A stretch of 47,223 nucleotides of DNA from Acidimicrobiia bacterium (GCA_043775075.1 JAYVSS010000019.1:1-47223), one strand, 5' to 3'. Shown: positions 37,189 to 47,140, counted from the stretch's first letter. Numbers and translations are program-made. Notes: generated by a model from the letters alone, not told the origin.

Positions 37189-38052
37189 ATGCATATCTCT
37201 GATCACATCCTCGACACGATTCGGTCCAACGGGTTCGCCGTCGTTGAGGACTTCCTTACCGCCGAAGAACTCGCCGTTGCCCGCTGCGCTCTGTTCTCCA
37301 TTTATCCTTCGCCGGAAGAGTATTTCGCCGATCCCGAACGATACGCTCACCTGGTTCGTCATGCCTTCGCTGGCCTGCGTCTCGGCCCGGTTGATTCGTG
37401 GGAAATCAACCGGTTGTCGTTTCACCCTGACCTGGTTGACGCAGCGTCGCGATTCTGTGGCACCGACGATATCGAGATCTACAAGATCGAGTTGTGGGCC
37501 AAGTACAGCGGGTCCGTTGACTACGACCAAGAACATCACCGGGACTACAACAATCATTCGCTCGTTGTTCCCCGCGCCGATGGTCGATGGCCACAGCTGA
37601 CGACGTTCCTCCTGTTGTCCGATGTCGACGATGAGGATGGTCCGACCAAGGTCCTCCCTGGGGCGGTGAACGACACCATGCCGAGGTGGCCACATATGGT
37701 CGAGGACGGCGACTCCCGCGAGAACGAGATCGCCATTACGGGTCCGGCCGGATCGCTGTTTTTGTACACCACCGATCACCTCCATCGCGGTTCGGCGATC
37801 ACCGGACAGCAACGGAGTCGATTTTCCCTCCTCACTGACTATCAGGCCCGAGGGAACCCGTGGATGGGGAAGATGAGTTGGCCAGGTCGGGCAACGGTGG
37901 AAGGTTGGTCCGAATTGCTCGCACGGGCCACGCCCCGTGAGCGCGAACTGTTTGGGTTCCCACCGGTCGGAAGCGAGTACTGGAACGAGCAGACCTTGCA
38001 TGACGTGGCATTGCGGTGGCCGCTCGTCGACATATCCGCATATCGATCCTGA
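37189..38052 (+). CDS. phytanoyl-CoA dioxygenase (PhyH)-like Fe(II)/2-oxoglutarate oxygenase family protein
   Basis: GFAVVEDFLTAEEL at the N-terminus, an HRDY (HxD) motif, and later LHRGS. The length and layout fit the PhyH fold. Confidence 0.65.
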   Translation: MHISDHILDTIRSNGFAVVEDFLTAEELAVARCALFSIYPSPEEYFADPERYAHLVRHAFAGLRLGPVDSWEINRLSFHPDLVDAASRFCGTDDIEIYKIELWAKYSGSVDYDQEHHRDYNNHSLVVPRADGRWPQLTTFLLLSDVDDEDGPTKVLPGAVNDTMPRWPHMVEDGDSRENEIAITGPAGSLFLYTTDHLHRGSAITGQQRSRFSLLTDYQARGNPWMGKMSWPGRATVEGWSELLARATPRERELFGFPPVGSEYWNEQTLHDVALRWPLVDISAYRS

Positions 38053-38189
38053 CCCGCGTGCATCGATCTCGGACCGGCCCGCGGAGTCAGCAGCGGTGCG
38101 GCGGATCGGGGCAACGGTTGACGCGTCGGCCACTCACGGGAGGGGCCACTAGGTTGAGGAAGTGATTTCACCCGTGCCGACGCTGCTCG

Positions 38190-39956
38190 ATGCTGCGTAA
38201 CCACGCGGCGATCGGGGACCGTTCCACGATCGCATTGGTGGCGGGCGACGCCACCATCGATTGGTGGTCTCCGGACGGGCTCGACGCACCGGCGTCACTG
38301 TTTTCCTTGCTCAACGAGCGCCAAGGTGGCGCCGTGCGGGTCACTCCATCGGTTCCCGGCGGACCAGGCGAACAGTTCATGCATCAATCAGGTGCGCCCA
38401 TTGTCTCAACGATCATTCGTGAACGCGAAGGCTCCGTCGAAGTCACCGACCATTTAATTCGCGGGTCGATCATACGTGTGCTTACCGGTCGAAGTGGCCG
38501 GCCGACGGTCACAGTGGGAGTCACGCCAGGCGATGCGTTCGGCGCTCCCCGCAAGGTCAAGCGGTGGTCGCAGGGAGTGTCCTTCGGGCAGCTGATAGTC
38601 CGCGGACCAGCCGTCGATTCACCGATCACCCTCGGGTTGGGCGAACGCGCCGTGTTCACCATCGCCACATCCGACGAGGGATCCGTCACCCATCGCGGCG
38701 AGCAGTTCGTACAACCTTCTGTCGGTGAAGCGATCGGCGAACGCGAACGATATGCGCGCTGGTGGTCGGGCGAACTCAGCAACGTCGACCTTCAGGGACC
38801 GTTTGCCGAAGCGGCGCGCCGCAGCGTGCGCGCGCTCCGTCTCCTCACCGACCGCAGCACCGGTGCCCTCCGCCGGGCGGCAACGACGTCGCTTCCCGCC
38901 CGCACGGGTAACGAACGCAACGTCGACGAGCGATTCGCCTGGCTGCGCGACAACTCCAATGCCGTTGTTCTATGGGAGCGGCTTGGCCGCCCTGACCTGG
39001 CCGACGCCGCCCGGTTGTGGTTGGAGGAGCGGGCGACGGACGAGTATCCCCTCGCTCCGGCCTACCGTCCCGACGGATCGAGATTGCCGTCCGAGGAGGA
39101 ACTCGGGCTCCCCGGCTGGGAGGGCAATGGGCCGGTGCGGATCGGTAACCGGGTGTCGGAGGCATTCGACCTCGGCGCCATTGCCCAAACCAGCCTCGTG
39201 CTCGACGGTCGACGCGCGTGGCCTCAACTTGAACGGCTGGCGGAGTGGCTGGCCGCAGAAGGTATGCGCGCTGATAATGGGCGGTGGGACACCCGCGGCG
39301 GCAAAGCTCGTCACATCGAATCGGCTCTCGCAGTTCGCGCCGCCCTTCGCGCGCTTATTGTCACGGCGAGACGCCGTGATCCTCTCGATCTTCGCCTCAT
39401 CGAATGGGAAGAGGCGGCTCGTGCTCATGAGGCATGGCTGGCGAGCGAGGGAATGTTCGGGATCGGGGCATCTGCCGGATGGCGGAGAGTGGGCAACACC
39501 GCTTCCGATCGAGAAGGCTCACCCGGATACGGAGCCGACGAAACCACCGACGCAGCGATGCTCGCCTGGCTTCGTTCGTCGCCCCCCGGACTTCCCGACG
39601 ATGCCGAAAATGAAGCCCATCATCGTCGGCTCGTGACGCTCGATCAGGCGCTCCCGCAACTCACCGAATGGCCGTTTACTCACCGTCACCTGCCACACGT
39701 TGACGATGGATTTCCGCCCGGTCAGGGTGCGGACCTCTGGGCGTCGTTCACGATGGTAAGCGCACTTTGCTCTGCGGGGCGGTGGGAGGAAGCGCACAAC
39801 CGCATGGAAGCACTGGTGTCATTTCTCGGTCCCCTTCACGTCGGGTCAACCCACGCCGACCCCTTCACTATGGATTTGCGCGGAAACCTTCTAGCCGCGC
39901 CGTGTCACCTGGCTCTGATCGATGCCGCCCACGCTCTGGCCCGTGGACCCCGCTAG
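38190..39956 (+). CDS. glycoside hydrolase family 15 protein (glucoamylase/trehalase-like)
   Basis: The N-terminus HAAIGDRSTIALVAGDATIDWWSPDGLDAPASLFSLL is the characteristic GH15 N-domain opening. A long alpha/alpha-toroid-sized C-terminal part follows. Confidence 0.8.
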   Translation: MLRNHAAIGDRSTIALVAGDATIDWWSPDGLDAPASLFSLLNERQGGAVRVTPSVPGGPGEQFMHQSGAPIVSTIIREREGSVEVTDHLIRGSIIRVLTGRSGRPTVTVGVTPGDAFGAPRKVKRWSQGVSFGQLIVRGPAVDSPITLGLGERAVFTIATSDEGSVTHRGEQFVQPSVGEAIGERERYARWWSGELSNVDLQGPFAEAARRSVRALRLLTDRSTGALRRAATTSLPARTGNERNVDERFAWLRDNSNAVVLWERLGRPDLADAARLWLEERATDEYPLAPAYRPDGSRLPSEEELGLPGWEGNGPVRIGNRVSEAFDLGAIAQTSLVLDGRRAWPQLERLAEWLAAEGMRADNGRWDTRGGKARHIESALAVRAALRALIVTARRRDPLDLRLIEWEEAARAHEAWLASEGMFGIGASAGWRRVGNTASDREGSPGYGADETTDAAMLAWLRSSPPGLPDDAENEAHHRRLVTLDQALPQLTEWPFTHRHLPHVDDGFPPGQGADLWASFTMVSALCSAGRWEEAHNRMEALVSFLGPLHVGSTHADPFTMDLRGNLLAAPCHLALIDAAHALARGPR

Positions 39957-39975
39957 ACGAGGAAGACTGGACTCG

Positions 39976-40836
39976 ATGGCAACGGCAACTCAGCGCACCG
40001 AAGAACAGGTGGAACCCGACTTTCCACCCGGCCGGTACCTGGAGTTACCCGGGCGGGGCGTCACCTTTGTCCGGGACCAACCGGGGCCAGCCGGCAAGCT
40101 GCCGATCGTCCTCCTGCACGGTTGGACCGTCACTGCCGATCTCAATTTCTTCACCGTGTACGGCGGGCTGCGTGGCGTCGGTCGCGTCATTGCCGTCGAT
40201 CAGCGGGGCCATGGTCGCGGCATACACACCAAAGAACGTTTTCGTCTCGAAGATGTGGCCGACGATCTCAACGCCACCCTCGCCGTCATGGATGTACCCC
40301 GGGCGCTTATCGTTGGCTACTCGATGGGTGGGGCCGTGGCGCAGCTCATGGCCCATCGCCACCCTGAACGCACGGCCGGTCTGGTCCTGTGTTCCACGAG
40401 CTGCCGCTTTCGACGATCGACCGAACAAAGCTTTCTGTGGGACCGGGTGATCCCCGCCACGGCGGCGGCGTTGTCACTCACACCCGACGCATTGCGCCTT
40501 GGCCTATTCGAGAGATTCGCCATGACCCGCAGCACAATGGCGCCGCGTTGGATGCGCGAGCAGATCGCCCGCAACGACCCAGCAGCCATAGTCCAGGCGG
40601 GCGTGGCGATTGGTGGGTTCGACGCGTCGGATTGGATTGGTGATTTGGCGATGAAGGTGGCGTCGATCGTCACGACTAACGACGCCACCGTTCCCGCCGC
40701 CCACCAACGCTCCACGGCGAAAAAGGCGGGGGCCGCGGTCTTCGAAATCAACGCCGATCATCGCGCCGCCGTGTCGCACCCCAACCTCTTCGTCCCGGCC
40801 CTCCGCCGAGCAATCGCCCACGTCACCCCGCGGTAG
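39976..40836 (+). CDS. alpha/beta hydrolase
   Basis: IVLLHGW...VIAVDQRGHGRG...LIVGYSMGGAVAQ (nucleophile elbow GxSxG)...ADHRA. ATG at 39976 lies after the GH15 stop. Confidence 0.8.
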   Translation: MATATQRTEEQVEPDFPPGRYLELPGRGVTFVRDQPGPAGKLPIVLLHGWTVTADLNFFTVYGGLRGVGRVIAVDQRGHGRGIHTKERFRLEDVADDLNATLAVMDVPRALIVGYSMGGAVAQLMAHRHPERTAGLVLCSTSCRFRRSTEQSFLWDRVIPATAAALSLTPDALRLGLFERFAMTRSTMAPRWMREQIARNDPAAIVQAGVAIGGFDASDWIGDLAMKVASIVTTNDATVPAAHQRSTAKKAGAAVFEINADHRAAVSHPNLFVPALRRAIAHVTPR

Positions 40837-40908
40837 TGGTCTGTCGCCCAAACCATGTTTCGAAGACAGACCGCTTGCCCCGGCGTCCCCCGCGTTCCGG
40901 GGTACCAG

Positions 40909-41568
40909 CTACCAACCGGCAGCGCCAGCAATAGCCCGGGCGGCAGAGACGACGGTGGCACCATACTTGCGACCGGGCAATCGGCTGGTTCGTTCGATCG
41001 GCCCCGACACCGATACCGCGGCAACCACCCGACCTTCGAGATCCGTAATAGGAGCACTTACCGACGCCACGCCGGCCTCGCGTTCGCCGACACTCTCCGC
41101 CCATCCGTTCTTCAGCCCCTTCGCCAGCAGCAACGCCTTGCCGGCCGAACCGCGATCAAGCGGCAACAGTTGCCCCACGGCGACGATCGTGCGCAGGCCA
41201 TTCGGCGATTCCACCGATTCGATGCAGAGCCGGTTGGTGCCCTGCACGACATAGAGCTGGGCGCTCTCGCCCGTCTCGGACACGAGGGCCTCCAAGATCG
41301 GACGAGCGACGTCGCGCAGCGGTAAGCCGGCAGCCGCCGCCCGGCCAAGGGGGACGAGCCAGCTACCGAGAACGAAACGGCCGGCGCCATCGCGGCGCAG
41401 CAATCCATGGGTTTCCAATGCCGTGGCCAGCCGATGCGCCGTGGCTCGATGAAACCCGGTTGCTTCGACAAGCGCCGCCAAAGCGAGGGGCCGTTGCTCG
41501 ACGGCAGCCAGAATGGTTGCCGTTTTGTCGAGTACGCCCACATCGGTCGTTACACTGGTTCTCGTCAC
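40909..41568 (-). CDS. IclR family transcriptional regulator, LtbR-like (divergent from leuCD)
   Basis: VLDKTATILAAVEQRPLALAALVEATGFHRATAHRLATALETHGLLRRD is the HTH, followed by the IclR effector domain. Candidate GTG starts are 41568, 41586 and 41541; the track start at 41694 would overlap leuC. Confidence 0.85.
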   Translation of the reverse strand: MTRTSVTTDVGVLDKTATILAAVEQRPLALAALVEATGFHRATAHRLATALETHGLLRRDGAGRFVLGSWLVPLGRAAAAGLPLRDVARPILEALVSETGESAQLYVVQGTNRLCIESVESPNGLRTIVAVGQLLPLDRGSAGKALLLAKGLKNGWAESVGEREAGVASVSAPITDLEGRVVAAVSVSGPIERTSRLPGRKYGATVVSAARAIAGAAGW

Positions 41569-41580
41569 ACGGGAACTGTA

Positions 41581-41595
41581 TCTCACATAGTGAGA
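41581..41595. promoter_or_regulatory. palindrome TCTCAC-ATA-GTGAGA in the iclR/leuC divergent region
   Basis: 6-bp arms, 20 nt upstream of the leuC ATG. It contains CACATAGT, which also occurs twice in the palindrome downstream of leuD. Confidence 0.35.
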
Positions 41596-41614
41596 CGAAT
41601 AGGGGAGCGAGCCG

Positions 41615-43039
41615 ATGGGCAAGACAATGGTGGAAAAGGTCTGGGAGCGACATGTCGTTCGTCGGGCTGCTGGTGAGCCCGATCTGTTGTTCATTGACCT
41701 CCATCTGGTTCACGAGGTCACGTCACCCCAGGCCTTCGACGGACTCCGCCTAGCCGGGCGTCCCGTACGCCGACCCGACCTCACGATCGCCACGATGGAC
41801 CACAACGTGCCCACCGATATTCCGGGCCTCGATATGACCAGAACCGAACTCGTGACCGACGAGATCAGCCGCCAGCAGATGGTCACCCTCGGCGACAACT
41901 GTGCCGAGTTCGGTGTTCCCCTATTCCCCATGGGCCACCCCAACCAGGGCATTGTTCACGTGATCGGACCGGAACTTGGCCTTACCCTTCCCGGGATGAC
42001 GGTCGTATGCGGCGACTCGCATACGTCCACTCACGGCGCGTTCGGGGCGATGGCGTTCGGCATCGGAACGAGCGAGGTCGAGCACGTGCTGGCCACCCAA
42101 ACCCTCCCCCACACGAAGCCGAAAACGATGGCCGTGGTGGTTGAAGGCACGGCACCAGTGGGCGTCACTGCGAAAGATATTGTGCTCGCCATCATCGCCC
42201 GCATCGGAACGAGTGGGGGCATGGGTTATGTGATCGAGTACCGCGGGGAAGCCATACGTGCACTTAGCATGGAGGGCCGCATGACCGTGTGCAACATGAG
42301 CATCGAGGGCGGCGCCAAGGCTGGACTCATTGCGCCGGATGAAACTACGTTCGCATATATTCAGGGTCGGGAGTACGCGCCCGACGCCGATGCGTGGGAC
42401 GCTGCCGTGGCCGACTGGAGGACCCTCGAGACCGACGACGACGCGGTGTTCGACAAGACCGTCGTGATCGACGCCACCACCCTGGAGCCCCACGTGAGCT
42501 GGGGGACCAACCCCGGCCAAACGATCCCGATCAGTGTGCCGGTGCCCTCCCCTGCTCACTTCGCCGACCAAACCGAGCGAGACGCCGCCGCACGGGCGTT
42601 GGCGTACATGGGGCTCACCGCCGGCACGTCGCTCCGCGATGTTCACGTGGACACGGTGTTTATCGGTTCATGTACCAACAGCCGTATCGAGGACCTACGC
42701 GCCGCCGCCGAAGTGCTCGATGGACGCACGCTCGCCGAAGGTACGCGCGCATTGATTGTGCCGGGATCGTTCCGGGTGAAGACCCAAGCCGAGGACGAGG
42801 GTCTTGACCGGATCTTCGTCGCCGCCGGAGCGGAGTGGCGCGAGCCCGGTTGCTCGATGTGCCTGGCCATGAACCCTGACAGGTTGGCTCCCGGCGAACG
42901 GTCGGCGTCAACCAGTAACCGGAACTTTGAGGGACGCCAAGGTCGCGGTGGCCGCACCCATCTCGTCTCCCCCGCCGTCGCCGCCGCCACCGCCGTGGCC
43001 GGACACTTCGCCACGCCGGCCGATCTCCCGGCTCGCTGA
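41615..43039 (+). CDS. leuC: 3-isopropylmalate dehydratase large subunit
   Basis: [15 protein letters not shown]...[14 protein letters not shown]...[14 protein letters not shown]...[12 protein letters not shown]...GCSMCLAMN. Confidence 0.95.
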   Translation: MGKTMVEKVWERHVVRRAAGEPDLLFIDLHLVHEVTSPQAFDGLRLAGRPVRRPDLTIATMDHNVPTDIPGLDMTRTELVTDEISRQQMVTLGDNCAEFGVPLFPMGHPNQGIVHVIGPELGLTLPGMTVVCGDSHTSTHGAFGAMAFGIGTSEVEHVLATQTLPHTKPKTMAVVVEGTAPVGVTAKDIVLAIIARIGTSGGMGYVIEYRGEAIRALSMEGRMTVCNMSIEGGAKAGLIAPDETTFAYIQGREYAPDADAWDAAVADWRTLETDDDAVFDKTVVIDATTLEPHVSWGTNPGQTIPISVPVPSPAHFADQTERDAAARALAYMGLTAGTSLRDVHVDTVFIGSCTNSRIEDLRAAAEVLDGRTLAEGTRALIVPGSFRVKTQAEDEGLDRIFVAAGAEWREPGCSMCLAMNPDRLAPGERSASTSNRNFEGRQGRGGRTHLVSPAVAAATAVAGHFATPADLPAR

Positions 43040-43094
43040 GCCGCCCGCCTTCCATCTACTCGCCACCGACAATCGCGCACACCAAGGACCTGCC

Positions 43095-43691
43095 ATGCGA
43101 ACCGTAACCATCATCTCCGGTACCGCCGTCCCCCTCGACCGCAGCGATGTGGACACCGATCAGATCATCCCGTCGGACTGGCTCAAGCGGATCGAGCGGA
43201 CCGGCTTCGGAAAAGGACTGTTCTCTGAGTGGCGAGACGATCGCGATTTCGTGCTCAATCAGGAGCAATATGCGGGCGCCCGCATTCTGGTGGCCGGGAT
43301 GAATTTCGGCACCGGATCGTCTCGTGAGCACGCCGTGTGGGCGCTGGAGGACTACGGATTCGAGGCCGTCATCTCCCCCCGCTTTGGCGATATCTTTCGT
43401 AACAACGCCACCAAGGTCGGCCTCCTCCCGGTGCAGGTCAGCGCCGAGATTGGCGAGCGGTTGCTCCGGGCTATCGAGGCTGATCCATCGTTGGAACTGA
43501 CGATCGACGTGGAGCGCCGGACCCTCTCGGCAGCAAAAATCGGCCTGGAGACCACGTTCCCCCTCGACGACTTCACCGCCTATCGACTCCTCAACGGCCT
43601 CGACGACATCGGCCTCACCATGCGCCACGACGACGACATTGCGTCGTACGAGTCCACCCGGCCCTCGTGGGCCCCGTCGACCCTGCGCTAG
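43095..43691 (+). CDS. leuD: 3-isopropylmalate dehydratase small subunit
   Basis: ATG at 43095 with AAGGA upstream. MRTVTIISGTAVPLDRSDVDTDQIIP...NFGTGSSREHAVWAL...FGDIFRNN. Confidence 0.95.
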   Translation: MRTVTIISGTAVPLDRSDVDTDQIIPSDWLKRIERTGFGKGLFSEWRDDRDFVLNQEQYAGARILVAGMNFGTGSSREHAVWALEDYGFEAVISPRFGDIFRNNATKVGLLPVQVSAEIGERLLRAIEADPSLELTIDVERRTLSAAKIGLETTFPLDDFTAYRLLNGLDDIGLTMRHDDDIASYESTRPSWAPSTLR

Positions 43692-43790
43692 CCCGTTTCG
43701 AGGGACAGTCGACCGTCGGAAGGTGTTGACGTCGATGCCGGCCCGGTAGCGCGACACCGCCCGGCGAACAAACTCACCGGGCAACGTTAC

Positions 43791-43810
43791 AAACTATGTG
43801 CACATAGTTT
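43791..43810. promoter_or_regulatory. perfect 20-bp AT-rich palindrome between convergent leuD and nrdJ
   Basis: AAACTATGTG|CACATAGTTT. It has about 30% GC in a high-GC context. As a hairpin it would be a weak AT stem with A/T flanks. Confidence 0.4.
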
Positions 43811-43853
43811 AATGTGCGCTACGACTACCTTCGCTGCTAGCGCCTGACGGAGC

Positions 43854-46736
43854 TCAGCTGCAGCCGCTGGTGGCACCGCAGGCCGAGCAGACGTAGCAGC
43901 TGCCTGACCGGTTCATCTCGTTGCCACACGAGTAGCAGAACGGGGCGTCGGCCGGACGCTCACGGCTCAGCAACTTCTTCGTCGGCTCCGACGACCCGGC
44001 GGCCGGCCTGATCAATGGCACCGTGGGCGCTTCGACAACGTCGAGCGCGTCGGCCGTGGTGGTACCCGAGTTCGAGAGCGACGACGACGGCGTGGCCGCT
44101 TCCTCGACACCCGGCAGCGTGGGCTGCATCCGCTCCTTGGTGGACTGGACGCCAAGCTCAGCCCGTACTTCGATGGGGAGGTAATCAAGGGCCAAGCGAC
44201 GGAAGATGTAGTCGATCAGCGAGGTGGCGATCCGCAGTTCGGGATCGTCGGTGATACCCGCCGGCTCGAATCGCATGTTCGAATACATGCGCACATACGT
44301 TGATAGCGGCACACCGTGCTGCAACCCGAGGCTGATGGAGATCGAGAAGGCGTCCATGATGCCGGCCAGGGTGGAGCCCTGCTTCGACACGTTGATGAAC
44401 ACCTCGCCCGGGCGACCGTCGCCATATTCGCCCACGGTGACGAAGCCCTTGCAATCAGCGACCCGGAACTGGAACGTGCTGGACAGGCGCTTGCGGGGCA
44501 GCTTCTCGCGCTGGGGCTTGCGGATCACCGTGGTGGTGGAAGCCAGTGCCTGCTCAAGCTCAGCAATCTTGGCGGTGAGCACCGGATCGGGCTCGGTGGC
44601 CGTGGAGGTCGCAAAGGCCGCGGCGCCGAATACGTTGCGCTCGGAGCCGTCTTTCTTCGCCGTTTGCAGGGGCTGACCGACCTTGCAATTGTCGCGGTAG
44701 ATGGCAATCGCCTTGATCCCGAGCTTCCACGCATCAATATGGAGTGCGGCTACTTCTTCGACCGTGGCGTCTTCGGGCATATTCACGGTTTTGGAAATGG
44801 CGCCAGAGATGAACGGCTGCACCGCACCCATCATCTTCACGTGGCCGAGGTAATGGATGACGTTGTCGCCCATCGAGCAGGCGAACACGTTGAGGTGCTC
44901 GACCCGTAGTTCGGGGGCGCCGACGATCGTCTTGTTCACATTGATGTAGGCCACAATCGACGCCACTTCGGCCGGCCGGTAGCCCAGGTTCTTCAGCGCC
45001 CGAGGCACGGTCTGGTTGACGATCTGCATCGACCCGCCACCCACCATCTTCTTGAACTTGACCAGGCCGAGGTCCGGTTCGACGCCGGTGGTGTCGCAGT
45101 CCATGAGCAGACCGATCGTTCCGGTGGGAGCAAGAACCGAGGCCTGGGCATTGCGCACGCCATAGACCGCTCCGAGTTCGCACGCCGCGTCCCATGCTTC
45201 CTGGGCGGCGTACAGCACGTCGTGGTCGGTGATGTCTTCGTTGATCTTGGCCACTTCGGAGCGGTGCATTTCCAGCACATTGGTCATGGCCTGACGGTTT
45301 TCCTGATAGCCGGCGAACGGACCCATCTTCTTGGCGATCTTGGCCGACGTGGCATAGGCCTGGCCGGTCATCAGCGCCGTTATTGAAGCAGCCAGGGCCC
45401 GACCATCGTCGGAGTCGTAGGCCTTGCCCCGGGCCATCAGCAGGGCGCCAATGTTGGCGTATCCCAGACCGAGCTGACGGAATCGGTGGCTGTTCTCGCC
45501 GATCTTCTGCGTGGGGTAATCACCGTTGCCAACGATGATCTCCTGGGCCGTGATGAGCAGGGTAACGGCTTGCACGAACCCATCGACGTCGAAGGAATCG
45601 TCGTCGTTTAAGAACTTCATCAGGTTGATCGACGCCAGGTTGCACGCCGAATTATCCACATGCATGTACTCCGAACACGGGTTCGAGCCATTGATACGAC
45701 CGGAATTCGGCGCCGTGTGCCAGCGATTGATCGTGGTGTCGAACTGCATACCCGGATCGGCACATTCCCACGCCGCCTGAGCGAACTGACCGAAGAGCTC
45801 ACGGGCCTTGAGGGTGGAGACGATCGAGCCGTCGCCGACGGCCCGGAGATGCCAATCAGCATCGTCGATCACGGCGTTCATGAAGTCGTCGGTCACCCGC
45901 ATCGAGTTGTTGGCGTTTTGGTACTGGATGGAGATGGCGTCTTTGCCATCAAGGTCCATATCGAAACCGGCATCACGAAGAACGTGGGCCTTTCGCTCTT
46001 CGATCGCCTTGCACCACAGAAAGTCCTCGATGTCTGGATGATCGGCGTTGAGGATGACCATCTTGGCTGCCCGGCGAGTCTTGCCGCCCGACTTGATGGT
46101 GCCCGCTGATGAGTCCGCGCCCCGCATGAAGCTCACGGGACCCGACGCCGTACCGCCGCCGTTGAGAAACTCCTTCGACGAACGGATTTTGGAAAGATTC
46201 ACGCCGGCACCGGAACCACCCTTGAAGATGACGCCCTCTTCGCGGTACCAATTGAGGATCGAATCCATCGTGTCTTCGACGTCGAGAATGAAGCAGGCCG
46301 AACCCTGCTGCGGCACGCCCTTCACTCCGATGTTGAACCAGACCGGCGAGTTGAACGCCGCCTTCTGCGTGACCACGAGATGCTTCAGTTCAGCGTTGAA
46401 CGTTTCCGCCTCGACGTCGTCGGCGAAGTAACCACCTTTCTTTCCCCAGTTGGTGATCGTGTCCACGACCCGGTCCGCCACTTGGCGCATCGACCACTCT
46501 CGCTCGACTGTGCCCAGGGTGCCCCGGAAGTACTTCTGCGCCAAAATGTTGGTGGCGTTCACACTCCAGCTCGACGGTACCTCCACGCCTTTCTGTTCGA
46601 AGGCGATTTCTTGGGTCTTCCAGTTGGCGATCGAGGAATCGCGACGCTCCCAGGTGATTTCATCGTACGGATGCACATCGGGGGTGGTGAAGTGTCGGTC
46701 GATACCAATGCCGGTGCGCTCGGGAGCTAGTGCCAT
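43854..46736 (-). CDS. nrdJ: adenosylcobalamin-dependent ribonucleoside-diphosphate reductase (class II)
   Basis: The 969-aa track ORF is trimmed to ATG at 46736 (MALAPERTGIGIDRHFTT...HPYDEITWERRD; GAAAGG upstream). NPCSEY is the active-site block. The C-terminal Cys-rich tail is CYSCGNEMNRSGSCYVCSACGATSGCS. Confidence 0.95.
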   Translation of the reverse strand: MALAPERTGIGIDRHFTTPDVHPYDEITWERRDSSIANWKTQEIAFEQKGVEVPSSWSVNATNILAQKYFRGTLGTVEREWSMRQVADRVVDTITNWGKKGGYFADDVEAETFNAELKHLVVTQKAAFNSPVWFNIGVKGVPQQGSACFILDVEDTMDSILNWYREEGVIFKGGSGAGVNLSKIRSSKEFLNGGGTASGPVSFMRGADSSAGTIKSGGKTRRAAKMVILNADHPDIEDFLWCKAIEERKAHVLRDAGFDMDLDGKDAISIQYQNANNSMRVTDDFMNAVIDDADWHLRAVGDGSIVSTLKARELFGQFAQAAWECADPGMQFDTTINRWHTAPNSGRINGSNPCSEYMHVDNSACNLASINLMKFLNDDDSFDVDGFVQAVTLLITAQEIIVGNGDYPTQKIGENSHRFRQLGLGYANIGALLMARGKAYDSDDGRALAASITALMTGQAYATSAKIAKKMGPFAGYQENRQAMTNVLEMHRSEVAKINEDITDHDVLYAAQEAWDAACELGAVYGVRNAQASVLAPTGTIGLLMDCDTTGVEPDLGLVKFKKMVGGGSMQIVNQTVPRALKNLGYRPAEVASIVAYINVNKTIVGAPELRVEHLNVFACSMGDNVIHYLGHVKMMGAVQPFISGAISKTVNMPEDATVEEVAALHIDAWKLGIKAIAIYRDNCKVGQPLQTAKKDGSERNVFGAAAFATSTATEPDPVLTAKIAELEQALASTTTVIRKPQREKLPRKRLSSTFQFRVADCKGFVTVGEYGDGRPGEVFINVSKQGSTLAGIMDAFSISISLGLQHGVPLSTYVRMYSNMRFEPAGITDDPELRIATSLIDYIFRRLALDYLPIEVRAELGVQSTKERMQPTLPGVEEAATPSSSLSNSGTTTADALDVVEAPTVPLIRPAAGSSEPTKKLLSRERPADAPFCYSCGNEMNRSGSCYVCSACGATSGCS

Positions 46737-46929
46737 GAGGGAAAGCCTTTCGGGGTCGGCCACGGGTAGCGGGCCGGAAGTATGTCTTCAGGAGGGCGAA
46801 ACAGTTGGTGGTGCGAAGCGACAGCAGTGAAAGCAGTGAAAGCCGCAGAAGCGACCGCAGACGAACGATGGACCCAGATCATCAGAGAAACAAACACGAT
46901 GAGTGGGCGAGCGAGCAAAAGGCCGGAGA

Positions 46930-46977
46930 CCACAAGATGTAGTGGATAGCTGCTCTCACAAACACGAGATGATGAAC
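46930..46977. promoter_or_regulatory. candidate tandem NrdR boxes upstream of nrdJ
   Basis: Box A, CCACAAGATGTAGTGG (46930-46945), matches 12 of 16 positions of the acaCwAtATaTwGtgt consensus. Box B, ACACGAGATGATGAAC (46962-46977), is degenerate (one good half-site). Its start is 32 bp from box A, which is the usual phasing. Confidence 0.45.
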
Positions 46978-47003
46978 TTACAAGCGTGAAATTACATCGT
47001 CAA
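46975..47003 (-). promoter_or_regulatory. candidate nrdJ promoter
   Basis: On the minus strand: TTGACG (47003-46998), 17-nt spacer, TAAGTT (46980-46975). It overlaps box B and implies a 5' UTR of about 230 nt. Confidence 0.4.
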
Positions 47004-47107
47004 GGAGCACGCCAATATTTGCGCGAAACCCGTGAACAGAGCACTGAACTCTCTCCTGCGGACGTACTGACCACCGTCGTCGATGGGCGTCGCCAATTGA
47101 TTTCTGC

Positions 47108-47140
47108 ATAAAAAACGCATTCCGGCGAGCCTACGGAAGC
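47108..47140 (-). terminator. intrinsic terminator of an upstream minus-strand gene entering from the right edge
   Basis: On the minus strand, GCTTCCG...CGGAA(T)GC is followed by TTTTTT. One minus-strand frame open from the right edge ends with TAG at 47155-47157 (...AEVAGPPSVPRSSTGNIG), but the coding status of that fragment is unproven. Confidence 0.4.

Noticed and set aside
46764-46930. Possible cobalamin riboswitch in the nrdJ leader
   Set aside because: I could not find a B12-box-like core or the expected multi-stem architecture by eye. B12 riboswitches are typically associated with the B12-independent RNR genes rather than with nrdJ. This needs an Infernal scan to exclude formally.
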